DNA of 48,175 nt, from contig LFTK01000130.1 of assembly GCA_001513385.1 (NCBI GenBank), forward strand, positions 1 to 48,175, given 5' to 3'. Position 1 is the stretch's first letter. The number at the start of each line of letters is the position of its first letter. This stretch comes from Clostridiales bacterium DTU064 (GTDB lineage Bacteria > Bacillota > Clostridia > Oscillospirales > CAG-272). The notes under the pieces were generated by a model, which ran no database searches, was not told the origin of the DNA, and saw only the letters and a list, made by a program, of their open reading frames with translations. The position numbers and the translations under genes are program-made. Shown piece after piece: positions 38,870 through 48,175 of the stretch.

Positions 38870-41008
38870 ATGATATATTATGCTCATAAATCTGATGACG
38901 GAAGACGTCAAAAAATGAAAGAACATGCCACCGCTGTGGCTGAGCTTACTGGAAAGTTCGCAGGCCCATTCGGCCTATCAGAATATGGCAGAATAATCGG
39001 ACTGCATCATGATGATGGAAAATATACTCAAGCATTTCAGGAAAGGCTTGATGGCGGCAAAATAAAGTACGAGCACTCGTCTGCCAGTGCTTATTTGCTA
39101 GCAAAAAAAGGAATTATATTGCGTGACCCGGTGTATATGATGCTTGCGCATATTGTTGCAGGTCATCACAGCGGGCTTCCGGATACAGGTTCCATGAACT
39201 CAAGCGAAAATGACAGTACGTTTTTCGCTAAGTATATACGAAGAGAAAAAATGCCGTATGACTTTGGTGACTATGAGTCCGAGCTTGGGGTAATACCTGA
39301 ACATTCGCCGCTACCTCAGAAGTTTGCGAACAATTACAGCCTGCAATTTCTCGGACGCATGCTTTTTTCTGCGCTCGTTGACGCGGATTTTCTCGATACG
39401 GAAAAGTTTATGTCAAACGGTGCGGTAAAGCGCAATAGTGGCGACGATATCCGCACATTAAAGCAAAAATTTAACGCGTATATGAAAAAAGAATTCTCTT
39501 GTGTGTCAGGTCCTCTTGATCAAAAACGCGCAGAAATTCTTTCTGCGTGCCGGTCGGCAGCGCAGGGTGAACGTGGAATATACAGGCTGACAGTACCGAC
39601 AGGAGGAGGTAAGACTCTATCGTCTCTTGCATTTGCTCTTGAACATGCAACAAAATACAATCTGCGGCGGATTATATATGTAATTCCTTACATAAATATC
39701 ATTAGTCAGACCGTTGATAAGTTTTCTGAAATTTTAGGGGCTGATAATGTTCTTGCCCACTATAGCACAGCCGAATATCCATTACCGGAGGGTGAGGAAC
39801 GCTCGCCGGCTGAGCTTGCTGCGGAAAATTGGGACAGGCCTGTGGTTGTCACAACAAATGTACAATTTTTCGAGTCGCTTCATTCCTGCCGCACGTCACG
39901 CTGCCGGAAACTTCACAACATTGTAAACAGCGTGCTGATATTTGACGAAGCCCAGATGCTGCCGGTGGGATACCTGCATTCTTGCATGCGCGCGATAGAA
40001 GAGCTGGCGAAAAATTATGGCTGCACGGCAGTGCTTTGCACCGCCACGCAGCCATCCCTTGATGGCCTTCTTTCTTCAGGAGTACGTGAAATTTGCCCCG
40101 ATGTTCCGGGGCTTTATGACTTTTTCCGGCGTGTCACATATAAGGTGATCGGTGAGCACAGTGACAAAGATATTGCGCAAATGATAAACTCATGCAAATC
40201 TGCGCTGTGCGTTGTAAATTCCCGGCGCGGGGCGCGTTCGATATATGGACTGATAAAAGGCGAGGGTACTTATCACCTGTCGACATATATGACACCATCG
40301 AGCATTGCAAAAAAGCTTGAAGAAATCAGGGATAGATTAAAAGAAAATCTCCCCTGTATAGTTGTTTCAACATCACTTGTTGAAGCGGGTGTTGATCTTG
40401 ATTTTCCTTATGTATTCCGTGAGGAAGCCGGGCTTGACTCGATTATTCAGGCGGGCGGGCGCTGCAATCGCGAGGGTAAAAGAGATGTTGCCGACAGCGT
40501 TGTAACGGTATTCAGACGGAACGAAAAAAATCCGAGGTTTGACGCTGTACGCGCCATAACATCTCGGATTTGCGAAGATTTTGATGATATAGCATCACCT
40601 GAAGCAATCAGAAAATATTTCAAGGAGCTCTACTATATCAACCCGTCTGATACAACGGATAAGCTTGACAGCAAAGCAATAATACCCATGCTTGAGAAGG
40701 GGTCGTTTATGTATCGCAGTGTGGATGAAAAGTACAAGCTAATTGATAAAGAGCAAAGACAGGTGCTTATACCGAACGAGAATAATGCAAAGCTGTGCGA
40801 TATGATTCGCAAGAATATACGCAACCTTTACATAATGAGACAAGCCATGAGAGACTGCGTTTCTCTTTATGAAGACGAATTTAGGGAGATTGCTAAAACC
40901 GGCGTGCTCACAGACTGCGGTGACATTGCAATTCTCGAAGACCCCGAATGTTATGATGAGAATATCGGCCTTATAGTCAAGGATACAGGGGATGCTCTTT
41001 TTGCGTAA
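38870..41008 (+). CDS. cas3: type I CRISPR-associated helicase-nuclease Cas3 (HD domain + SF2 helicase)
   Basis: 712 aa. HD-domain motifs (H..HDDGKY, HHSG), Walker A VPTGGGKT, DEAQ box (IFDEAQM), C-terminal Cas3 region. First gene of the canonical I-C order. Confidence 0.93.
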   Translation: MIYYAHKSDDGRRQKMKEHATAVAELTGKFAGPFGLSEYGRIIGLHHDDGKYTQAFQERLDGGKIKYEHSSASAYLLAKKGIILRDPVYMMLAHIVAGHHSGLPDTGSMNSSENDSTFFAKYIRREKMPYDFGDYESELGVIPEHSPLPQKFANNYSLQFLGRMLFSALVDADFLDTEKFMSNGAVKRNSGDDIRTLKQKFNAYMKKEFSCVSGPLDQKRAEILSACRSAAQGERGIYRLTVPTGGGKTLSSLAFALEHATKYNLRRIIYVIPYINIISQTVDKFSEILGADNVLAHYSTAEYPLPEGEERSPAELAAENWDRPVVVTTNVQFFESLHSCRTSRCRKLHNIVNSVLIFDEAQMLPVGYLHSCMRAIEELAKNYGCTAVLCTATQPSLDGLLSSGVREICPDVPGLYDFFRRVTYKVIGEHSDKDIAQMINSCKSALCVVNSRRGARSIYGLIKGEGTYHLSTYMTPSSIAKKLEEIRDRLKENLPCIVVSTSLVEAGVDLDFPYVFREEAGLDSIIQAGGRCNREGKRDVADSVVTVFRRNEKNPRFDAVRAITSRICEDFDDIASPEAIRKYFKELYYINPSDTTDKLDSKAIIPMLEKGSFMYRSVDEKYKLIDKEQRQVLIPNENNAKLCDMIRKNIRNLYIMRQAMRDCVSLYEDEFREIAKTGVLTDCGDIAILEDPECYDENIGLIVKDTGDALFA

Positions 41009-41215
41009 AAACGGCTGAGAACAATAGTCTCCGCCGCGATTTTTTTAGACATAATAATCCCTTAAATATTTCAACCCGCATGCAAAACTCAGCATGACGC
41101 TTTAAGTATACATAAAAATTTGCTTATGTCAATATCAAAATATTAAATATGTCTTGACATGGAAATAAATGTATACTATAATGATCCCATAAATGAAAAA
41201 ATAAGGAGGTATTGC

Positions 41216-41875
41216 ATGCCAAAGCCAATAAGAATCCGAGTGTGGGGTGACTATGCGCTTTTTAGCCGGCCCGAGCTTAAGGCCGAAAGATATTCGTACG
41301 ACATAATCACACCATCCGCGGCAAGGGGTATATATGATGCGATATATTACCACCCGGGGATGAGATGGCAGATAAAGCGGATATTTGTGGAAAAGCCGAT
41401 TCGTTTTACCAACGTGCGACGCAACGAGGTTACAAAGAAAATACTTGCTTCCGATTTGTTTTATGCTGCAAACGGCTCGGGAAAACCAATCTACATTGAC
41501 CGATCAGAAGCTATCGCCCAGCGCGCGGCAACTATACTGCGAGACGTATCGTATGTGATTGAAGCGAATTTTGTTCTGATACCGGAAAAAATGGGCGCCG
41601 ATGACAGTGCGGATAAGTTTTTTGCCATCTTTTCAAACAGGCTGAAAACAGGTAAATGCTTTACCCAGCCATATCTTGGTTGCAGAGAATTTCCGGCATA
41701 TTTTGAGCCTTTTCCAGATGACAGAGAACCAAAGACAATTGCTGAGGACCGGGATTTTGGAATCATGCTTTATGATATGGACTACTCCGAGGAAGGGAAT
41801 ATTAAGCCGACATACTTTCATGCCGTAATGAAAAACGGTGTTGTTGACCTGCGGGATTGCGAGGTGCTGAGATGA
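41216..41875 (+). CDS. cas5: type I-C Cas5 (Cas5c/Cas5d, pre-crRNA endoribonuclease)
   Basis: Start at ATG 41216 (SD AAGGAGG at 41203-41209). [51 protein letters not shown] matches the conserved Cas5d N-terminus. Confidence 0.9.
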   Translation: MPKPIRIRVWGDYALFSRPELKAERYSYDIITPSAARGIYDAIYYHPGMRWQIKRIFVEKPIRFTNVRRNEVTKKILASDLFYAANGSGKPIYIDRSEAIAQRAATILRDVSYVIEANFVLIPEKMGADDSADKFFAIFSNRLKTGKCFTQPYLGCREFPAYFEPFPDDREPKTIAEDRDFGIMLYDMDYSEEGNIKPTYFHAVMKNGVVDLRDCEVLR

Positions 41876-43620
41876 TACTTCAGTCACTTGTGAAATATTA
41901 CGAAGCGCTTGAGCGTCAGGGGAAAATAACAAAGCCGGGGTGGCTTCCGCAAAGTGTGTCATATGCTGTTGTGCTCGACAGGACAGGCTCGGTTAAAAAT
42001 GTTGTGAGCCTAAAAAGAGAAGAGCAGCGCGGTAAAAAAAGCGTGCTTGTACCGTTGCAAATCAACGTTCCGGAATATGTTGTGCGCTCAAGCGGGAAAA
42101 GAGCCAATTTCATGTGCGATAATGCCGCATACATATTCGGCTTTGGTGACAAACCTGAAGATGACGCTGAAAAATTTGCGCTTGCACGAGAGCTGCACTT
42201 GAATGTACTAAAAGGCGCTGTATCACCTGCCGCAGATGCTGTGCGCGGCTTTTTTGAAACGTGGAGCACTGAGAATTTTGACTCACTCGGGCTTGATGAT
42301 AACTATAAAAAGGATTTATTGAGCGGTGCAAATCTTGTCTTTGCCGACGAGTACCTGCATTACCTGCACGACGACGAGGAAATAAGGGTTGCGTGGGAAA
42401 AATACTACTTTTCAGCAGGTAACGCGCCAAAAGAGCGCTGCCTTGTAACAGGTAATACCGATAAAATAGCTATACTTCACAACAAGATTAAAGGGGTTGC
42501 AGGCGCGCAATCGTCAGGGGCTTGCCTTGTTGGTTTTAACGCACCTGCTTTTGAGTCGTATGGCAAGGACGGTGGTCAGGGGCTTAACGCGCCTGTCGGC
42601 AGTTATGCGATGTATGCCTACACAACTGCGCTCAACAGCTTGCTCGCCGGAGCAAAAAAGACTCGAATTGGCGACTGCACAGTTGTATGGTGGTCTCTTG
42701 ACGCATCCGAAGCTGCTGAAAAGATGTTTGGTGACGCACTTTTCGGTGACAGCGGTGAGGACAGGCTTGATGACATCATGAAAAACATTTCCGAGGGTAA
42801 AATGCCTTCTGGAGATGTAGATTTAAATACCGATTTTTGTGTGCTTGGCCTTTCCCCAAACGCAGCACGCCTTTCGGTGAGGTTTTTCTGGCGCAACACT
42901 TTCGGCACACTGCTTCAAAATGTTGCGGCACACTATAAAAGACTTGATGTAGTTAAGCCGGACTTTGCAAAGAAATACCTCACACCGTATTTTATGGCTC
43001 TTGAAACCGTCTCACCTAAATCAAAAGACAAGTCGGCATCACCCATACTTATAGGAGCGCTTTTAAACTCAATTTTAAACAACTGGCGCTATCCGGAGAT
43101 GCTTTATGAATCGGTGCTGACACGCATACGCGCAGAACATGAAGTTACACCCGGCAAAGCGGCGATTATAAAGGCATATCTGCTGAAAAATAAAAATAAC
43201 GAAAAATATAGGGAGGTTCTTTCAATGGCGTTAAACGAGGAAAGCAATAATCAAGCATACGTTTTAGGAAGGTTGTTTTCGGTGCTTGAGCAGGCTCAAT
43301 ATGCGGCGAATGGATCTTCAAATATAAAAGAAAAGTACCTGACCTCAGCCTGCGCAACACCCGGTGTGGTATTCCCAAGCATGTTAATGATGGCGTCGCA
43401 CCACACGGCCAAGGCCGACAACGGCGAAATTATTGACCGCAAGATAAGGGATTTATTAAACAAACTCGACGGTGGCACGCCGTTCCCGGCAAGACTTGAT
43501 AATACGGATCAGGGTCTGTTCCTTTTAGGGTATTATCACGAAACACAAAAAAGGTTTAACAATATTAAGATATATAAAGAAAAAAATAAAAATACTGAGA
43601 ATAATGAAAGCGAGGGTTAA
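41872..43620 (+). CDS. cas8c: type I-C large subunit Cas8c (Csd1)
   Basis: ATGA overlap with the cas5 stop. [24 protein letters not shown] is the typical Cas8c N-terminus. Size is about 582 aa and the position is between cas5 and cas7. Confidence 0.9.
   Translation: MILQSLVKYYEALERQGKITKPGWLPQSVSYAVVLDRTGSVKNVVSLKREEQRGKKSVLVPLQINVPEYVVRSSGKRANFMCDNAAYIFGFGDKPEDDAEKFALARELHLNVLKGAVSPAADAVRGFFETWSTENFDSLGLDDNYKKDLLSGANLVFADEYLHYLHDDEEIRVAWEKYYFSAGNAPKERCLVTGNTDKIAILHNKIKGVAGAQSSGACLVGFNAPAFESYGKDGGQGLNAPVGSYAMYAYTTALNSLLAGAKKTRIGDCTVVWWSLDASEAAEKMFGDALFGDSGEDRLDDIMKNISEGKMPSGDVDLNTDFCVLGLSPNAARLSVRFFWRNTFGTLLQNVAAHYKRLDVVKPDFAKKYLTPYFMALETVSPKSKDKSASPILIGALLNSILNNWRYPEMLYESVLTRIRAEHEVTPGKAAIIKAYLLKNKNNEKYREVLSMALNEESNNQAYVLGRLFSVLEQAQYAANGSSNIKEKYLTSACATPGVVFPSMLMMASHHTAKADNGEIIDRKIRDLLNKLDGGTPFPARLDNTDQGLFLLGYYHETQKRFNNIKIYKEKNKNTENNESEG
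43225..43620 (+). CDS. cas11: candidate internally translated small subunit Cas11c (nested in frame in the cas8c 3' end)
   Basis: In-frame ATG at 43225 preceded by GGGAGG (43211-43216). It would give 131 aa ([25 protein letters not shown]...). Internal Cas11 translation from cas8c is established for type I-C systems. Confidence 0.45.
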   Translation: MALNEESNNQAYVLGRLFSVLEQAQYAANGSSNIKEKYLTSACATPGVVFPSMLMMASHHTAKADNGEIIDRKIRDLLNKLDGGTPFPARLDNTDQGLFLLGYYHETQKRFNNIKIYKEKNKNTENNESEG

Positions 43621-43623
43621 AAA

Positions 43624-44502
43624 ATGAGCGAACCGATTAAGAACAGATATGAGTTTTCAATCTTTTTTGATGTTGAAAACGGCAACCCGAACGGCGATCC
43701 CGATGCGGATAATATGCCGCGTATTGACCCTGAAACAGGTTATGGTATCGTGACAGATGTCTGTATAAAGCGCAAAATACGCAACTATGTTGATACGGTT
43801 ATGGAGGGGAAGCCCGGTTATGATATTTACATAAAGGACGGGGTACCGCTTAATGTAAAAGATAAAAAAGCATACGTCGCCGTGGTCGGAAAAGACAAAC
43901 TCGACAAAAAAGATCCCGAGATTGATTTAAAACTACGCGACTGGATGTGCGCAAATTTCTACGATATCCGTACATTTGGCGCTGTTATGACTACATTTGT
44001 CAAAGATAAACTCAACTGCGGGCAGGTACGCGGGCCGGTTCAGATAGGGTTTGCACGCAGCATAGACCCGATTGTGCGGCAGGAAGTCACGATAACACGT
44101 GTGGCTATTACAACTGAAGAAGATTTTGAAAAGAAAGATACCGAGATGGGGCGCAAGCACATTATTCCGTATGCTCTTTACCGTGCGGACGGATTTATAT
44201 CGGCAAATCTGGCGCGTCGGGTTACAAAATTCAGTGAAGATGACCTTAAACTGCTTTGGGACGCGATTATAAATATGTTTGAAGAAGACCACAGTGCTGC
44301 AAGAGGGAAGATGGCTGTTAGAAAGCTTGTGATATTTAAACATAAGGACGAGCTTGGCAATGCTCCTTCGCACCGCACGCTTGATCTTGTTTGCGCAAAG
44401 AAGCGTGAAGGTGTTGACGCCCCACGCTCGATAAACGATTATGAAATAAAAATCAATTATGATGCTTGCCCTGAGGGTGTCGAGATAATATGTCGGGAAT
44501 AA
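43624..44502 (+). CDS. cas7: type I-C Cas7 (Csd2) backbone subunit
   Basis: 292 aa. NRYEFSIFFDVENGNPNGDPDADNMPRIDPETGYGIVTDVCIKRKIRNYV is the hallmark Csd2 N-terminus. Confidence 0.92.
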   Translation: MSEPIKNRYEFSIFFDVENGNPNGDPDADNMPRIDPETGYGIVTDVCIKRKIRNYVDTVMEGKPGYDIYIKDGVPLNVKDKKAYVAVVGKDKLDKKDPEIDLKLRDWMCANFYDIRTFGAVMTTFVKDKLNCGQVRGPVQIGFARSIDPIVRQEVTITRVAITTEEDFEKKDTEMGRKHIIPYALYRADGFISANLARRVTKFSEDDLKLLWDAIINMFEEDHSAARGKMAVRKLVIFKHKDELGNAPSHRTLDLVCAKKREGVDAPRSINDYEIKINYDACPEGVEIICRE

Positions 44503-45164
44503 ATCGTGAAGAAACGGATTTACAGATATCGGGACTGCAGCATTTCTCTTTTTGCCGGCGACAGTGGGCGCTGATTCATATAGAACAGCAGTGGGCTGAC
44601 AACTATTTTACCATTGATGGCAGTATAATGCACGAAGCGGCTGATGATCCTTATTTTACCGAAAAGCGGGGAGGGTTGATCGTCAGCCGCTCCATGCCGG
44701 TGAGATCGGAGCGGCTGTGCGTAAGCGGGAAATGCGATGTAGTTGAGTTCAGGGAGTCACCCGACGGCGTACCGATAGTTGGTCGTGAAGGGAAGTGGTT
44801 GCCCGTTCCGGTTGAATATAAGCGTGGTAGAAGTAAGGAGATTGATGCTGACCGGCTGCAGCTTTGTGCTCAGGCAATATGCCTTGAAGAAATGCTATGT
44901 TGCAAAAGAATTGATGAAGCTTATATCTATTATGCCGAAACAAAACGTCGTGAGAAGGTAATGCTGACTGTTGAGCTTCGAGCAAAAGTTGAATCTATGC
45001 TCATCGAGATGAGAGAGCTTTATAACCGCGGATATACACCTCATGTTAAACCCACAAAAAAGTGTGCATCATGTTCACTAAAAGATATTTGTCTGCCTAA
45101 GCTGCACAAATATGTGTCCGCAAAGGACTATACATCTCAAATTTGGACGGTGAGCACATCATGA
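44490..45164 (+). CDS. cas4: Cas4 (RecB-like nuclease with 4-Cys cluster)
   Basis: 224 aa. N-terminal Cys (FSFCRRQW), D...EYKRG nuclease motifs, C-terminal CASCSLKDIC. Confidence 0.9.
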   Translation: MSGINREETDLQISGLQHFSFCRRQWALIHIEQQWADNYFTIDGSIMHEAADDPYFTEKRGGLIVSRSMPVRSERLCVSGKCDVVEFRESPDGVPIVGREGKWLPVPVEYKRGRSKEIDADRLQLCAQAICLEEMLCCKRIDEAYIYYAETKRREKVMLTVELRAKVESMLIEMRELYNRGYTPHVKPTKKCASCSLKDICLPKLHKYVSAKDYTSQIWTVSTS

Positions 45165-45184
45165 GAAAGTTGTTAAACACTCTT
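45161..45184 (+). pseudogene. cas1: cas1 remnant (first 8 codons only)
   Basis: The ATG overlaps the cas4 stop (ATGA). MRKLLNTL matches the conserved I-C Cas1 start (MKKLLNTLYV...). The frame then runs RCKTIV* with no Cas1 sequence. Confidence 0.6.
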
Positions 45185-45185
45185 A

Positions 45186-45230
45186 GGTGTAAAACCATCG
45201 TTTGATGTTACCGATGCTTTAATTGTATAG
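45186..45230 (+). pseudogene. cas2: cas2 remnant (last ~14 codons)
   Basis: GVKPSFDVTDALIV* in a different frame from the cas1 head. It resembles the I-C Cas2 C-terminal tail (..GAKPSYDxxxxLIL*, recalled from Bacillus halodurans and Desulfovibrio vulgaris Cas2). Confidence 0.5.
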
Positions 45231-45401
45231 CGCGAACCTATAGTTCACATATATATACCGACAGATTCGCGTGTTATTATCGATACATATTAACACTTTT
45301 TATGTTTTTTAGTATTAGTTTAAGTACTAAATACAAAGTAGAATCTATGATATGCTCAAATTATTACTACAATAATATATAATTATTTGTGCATATTTGC
45401 T
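45231..45401 (+). promoter_or_regulatory. CRISPR leader (AT-rich)
   Basis: 171-bp AT-rich stretch between the cas2 tail and the first repeat. The degenerate repeat lies at the opposite end of the array. Confidence 0.5.
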
Positions 45402-46104
45402 GTCATCCCCCGCACGGGGGATGTGGATTGAAATAGGAACAATTACGTCACTGATTATGGTTTTAGTTAGTCATCCCCCGCACGGGGGATGTGGATTGAA
45501 ATTGTCAATGCTTAAATTGTCATTATAACCATTAGGTCATCCCCCGCACGGGGGATGTGGATTGAAATGTATGTTGAAATCAAAGGAAATCCTTTTGATA
45601 TAGTCATCCCCCGCACGGGGGATGTGGATTGAAATGGATAAGATGCAATTGTGCTTCCTATCATTCCCGTCATCCCCCGCACGGGGGATGTGGATTGAAA
45701 TTGGAGTAATGCAACAATGCCCCTATCACCAACAGGTCATCCCCCGCACGGGGGATGTGGATTGAAATGCCAGATGGAATGTATCTGGCTGTTGCGCATA
45801 ACGTCATCCCCCGCACGGGGGATGTGGATTGAAATAACGAACATGGAGAAAACCATGAAACCGTGGTACGTCATCCCCCGCACGGGGGATGTGGATTGAA
45901 ATAAGAATTGTTCAAAACCGGCACTCCTCATATAGAGTCATCCCCCGCACGGGGGATGTGGATTGAAATATTGACAAGTTACAGCGTTATAAATTGCTGG
46001 TGATGTCATCCCCCGCACGGGGGATGTGGATTGAAATTACATATTTACTCCTTTCTCCCGCCCTTTAGCCGGTCATCCCCCGCACGGGGGATGTGGATTA
46101 AGTA
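45402..46104 (+). CRISPR. type I-C CRISPR array, 11 repeats / 10 spacers
   Basis: 33-nt repeat GTCATCCCCCGCACGGGGGATGTGGATTGAAAT at 45402, 45470, 45536, 45603, 45669, 45736, 45803, 45870, 45937, 46005 and 46072. Spacers are 33-35 nt and all unique. The last repeat is degenerate at its 3' end (..GTGGATTAAGTA). The palindromic core CCCCCGCACGGGGG and the ATTGAAAT tail are typical of I-C. Confidence 0.97.
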
Positions 46105-46158
46105 GTTTTATCTAAATGCAATTTGCAACGCGAAAAGAGCAAAGAGGTTAATAGTTAA

Positions 46159-46578
46159 ATGATACATATTGATTTTGCAAAAGAAACTGACAAAGACTTT
46201 TGGTATAGTCTTGATAAACACCTTCCTGAAAGCGAATTTTTGAAAAAAGTTCGTGACAGGCAAGGCTATGTTTTGTTTGAAAACAACACACCGGTAGGAA
46301 TATTGCGGTATAATATGTTTTGGGACAATATCCCTTTTTGCACTATGTTGTATATTGAAAATACGTATCAAAAAAAGGGATATGGGCGCGCGTTGATGCA
46401 ACATTGGGAAAATGATATGCGAAAATGCGGGTATGGAATGGTTTTAGTGTCCACGCGGGTTGATGAAGAAGCACAGCATTTTTACAGAAAAATCGGTTAT
46501 GTTGACTGCGGCTGCTTGATAATTGACATCCCCGGGGATGAACAACCGGCAGAATTATTTATGGCAAAACAGTTGTAA
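46159..46578 (+). CDS. GNAT-family N-acetyltransferase
   Basis: 139 aa. Acetyl-CoA motif QKKGYGRALMQHW. ..HFYRKIGY.. Confidence 0.85.
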   Translation: MIHIDFAKETDKDFWYSLDKHLPESEFLKKVRDRQGYVLFENNTPVGILRYNMFWDNIPFCTMLYIENTYQKKGYGRALMQHWENDMRKCGYGMVLVSTRVDEEAQHFYRKIGYVDCGCLIIDIPGDEQPAELFMAKQL

Positions 46579-46645
46579 AATTCAACTCCGGTTTGTCAGA
46601 ATGTTCTGATTTAATAATTAAAACTTAATGGAGCAAGTACGACAT

Positions 46646-47104
46646 ATGAAAACAGCAATTGTATATGTATCAACACATCATGGAAATACAAAAAAGCTTG
46701 TCGATGCAATTGCGGCAGCCCATGACGTTGCATTGATTGATGGAACAAAAGAGAAGAAAGTCGACCTTACAGAATACGACTGCATCGGTTTTGCGTCTGG
46801 TATAGCTTTTGGTAGTTTTTATCCGCAGATGCTGGAGTTGATGAAAAATAATCTTCCTGAAAGCAAAAGGGTGTTTTTCATATATACCTGCGGTTCTAAG
46901 CAAAAGAGATATACTAATGCTGCTGCGAAAATCGCGACTGAAAAAGGATGTAGTATTCTGGGGGAGTATGGCTGCCGTGGATTTGATACGTTCGGTCCGT
47001 TCAAGATAATCGGAGGTATAGCAAAAGGCCATCCCAACGAACGTGAAATAACAGGGGCGGTGGAATTTTTCAATGGGATATTAAAACAGATTCCAGCTAA
47101 TTAG
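46646..47104 (+). CDS. flavodoxin-like fold protein
   Basis: Start preferred at ATG 46646 (MKTAIVYVSTHHGNTKKLVDAI, the typical flavodoxin-family N-terminus). GGAG lies upstream. Confidence 0.7.
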   Translation: MKTAIVYVSTHHGNTKKLVDAIAAAHDVALIDGTKEKKVDLTEYDCIGFASGIAFGSFYPQMLELMKNNLPESKRVFFIYTCGSKQKRYTNAAAKIATEKGCSILGEYGCRGFDTFGPFKIIGGIAKGHPNEREITGAVEFFNGILKQIPAN

Positions 47105-47594
47105 GCTTCGTGTAATTTACTTAAACGTATAGCCGGGTCTTCATGGTATATGTTAATAATCATAAATAATATAAGGATGTTTTTCTAAGAGTTTAACTGT
47201 AACAATTAATGGCGTTTATTGTTAACCAACATAGCAACTGGCTGTAAAAACATATTAAATAATGCCATAACGGATTATATAAACGTGAACAATCAACACA
47301 CGTTGTGTATGTAACGCAGAATGTCCCGGGCAACAGGAAGGAGAGAGATTTAATATTTATTTGCGAATGATTAACTTAAATATTCAACAATATTGACTTG
47401 ATTTTTATAACCAATATGATATATTATATACAATTTGTATTCGTAAATTTAATAATTTTGTATTGCAAAATTAAGGTGTATTATATAATTCCTTAACAAT
47501 TAAATAAATTAAAATCCACAAATGAAAGGAGAAAGAGCAAACATTCCGATTTTCACTGGTGTATTGAAATTGGGGTATCTGCGTCTAATACTTT

Positions 47595-48027
47595 ATGAAA
47601 ACAAAAATTACAAAAGTTTTTTTTCATTTTTACCGTTCTGTTCGTTCTGTTGCTCTCGACATTTGCTTCGGCAGAGGAATATACAGATGAAAACGGTATA
47701 ACGTGGACCTATACGGTAAACAGTGACGGAACTACCTGCACAATAACAGGGTGTTCATTACCAAATACCGGGGAGATAGTAACTGAAATAACTATACCGT
47801 ATGAAATAGATGTATATACTGTAACGGGGATTACCGGGGAGGATTATGACGCCAATTTTTTCGGAGGGAAGCATAATGATGCTGTCACCTCTGTATTTCT
47901 TCCAAACACCATAAATTCAATAGGTGATTATACATTCTACTCTTGCCCCTCCCTTGAGACAGTTTCTTTACCAGAAGGCTTGACAAGTATAGGTAATAGG
48001 GCGTTCCTAAAATGTGAAAACCTATAA
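47595..48027 (+). pseudogene. BspA-like leucine-rich-repeat surface protein, out of frame at a T8 tract in the signal peptide and terminated/shifted at 48025
   Basis: ATG 47595 gives MKTKITKVFF. A T8 run (47617-47624) separates it by one nt from the frame encoding IFTVLFVLLLSTFASAEEY... and LRR_5-type repeats (IPYEIDVYTVTGI.., LPNTINSIGDYTFYSCPSLETVSLPEGLTSIGNRAFLKCENL). After the TAA at 48025, another frame continues YKSEDGVVTILDS. Confidence 0.6.
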
Positions 48028-48175
48028 GTCCGAAGACGGTGTTGTGACAATACTTGACTCAATGCTCATGGTTAATTAAAGAAGCAACCAACAAACAACA
48101 AAGACAAGGATAGCCGCCCCGCTATTCCGTACAGTAGTGGAAAGAAAGAGGCGGTTAAGCCCATAGTGCTTAACT

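Noticed and set aside
45717-45931. ORFs 45717-45899 (+) and 45737-45931 (-) called in the six-frame track.
   Set aside because: They run through the CRISPR repeats (the repeated PPHGGCGLK / PVRGM peptides derive from the repeat) and are artefacts of the array.
27514-46104. Idea that the tnsA remnants plus a cas1/cas2-less CRISPR-Cas locus represent a relic CRISPR-associated transposon (CAST).
   Set aside because: Cas3 is present and intact with its HD nuclease motifs, whereas CASTs lack or inactivate the nuclease. cas1/cas2 loss is explained by a visible local deletion. There is no tnsB, tnsC or tniQ anywhere in the window. The tnsA fragments lie 8-11 kb away, separated from the cas operon by unrelated genes, and the cas operon lies outside the 49-bp inverted-repeat-bounded interval that contains them.
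48028-48175. Sequence after the LRR gene break, considered as the 5' end of a group II intron or IS matching the element at the window start.
   Set aside because: There is no GUGYG-type 5' end and no similarity to nt 1-285. One alternative frame still encodes LRR-protein-like text (YKSEDGVVTILDS), so a simple frameshift fits better. The window is too short to decide.

Overview
AT-rich, Clostridia-like (Firmicutes) chromosomal accessory region; the taxonomic call is an inference from codon and protein style. Three blocks stand out.

(1) 0.3-24.4 kb: mostly intact genes. These are an APH-type kinase, the membrane pyrophosphatase hppA, a PlsC-like acyltransferase, an Lnu/ANT-like nucleotidyltransferase, a GNAT-kinase fusion, an MBL-fold hydrolase, an alpha/beta hydrolase, a MATE pump, an AraC regulator and a sigma/anti-sigma pair. 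Decayed genes are interspersed, including one ABC-2 transporter operon.

(2) 24.6-38.6 kb: a strongly decayed island bracketed by 49-bp inverted repeats (47/49 identical). It holds two Tn7 tnsA-like 5' remnants, a possible serine-recombinase tail, a dead FtsX/MacB-type ABC operon and nonsense- or frameshift-disrupted regulators. It also holds an intact AmmeMemoRadiSam gene pair and a 4-copy intergenic repeat family.

(3) 38.8-46.1 kb: a type I-C CRISPR-Cas locus with cas3-cas5c-cas8c-cas7c-cas4 all open and an 11-repeat/10-spacer array. cas1 and cas2 are reduced to an 8-codon head and a roughly 14-codon tail by an in situ deletion of about 1.3 kb.

The window starts inside what looks like the 3' end of a group II intron. 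It ends in a disrupted BspA-like LRR surface-protein gene.

I found no convincing entirely new multi-gene system. The most notable observations are the adaptation-less I-C locus, the repeat-bounded decayed island next to it, and the uncharacterised repeat family. All homology calls come from motif recognition by eye; no searches were run.
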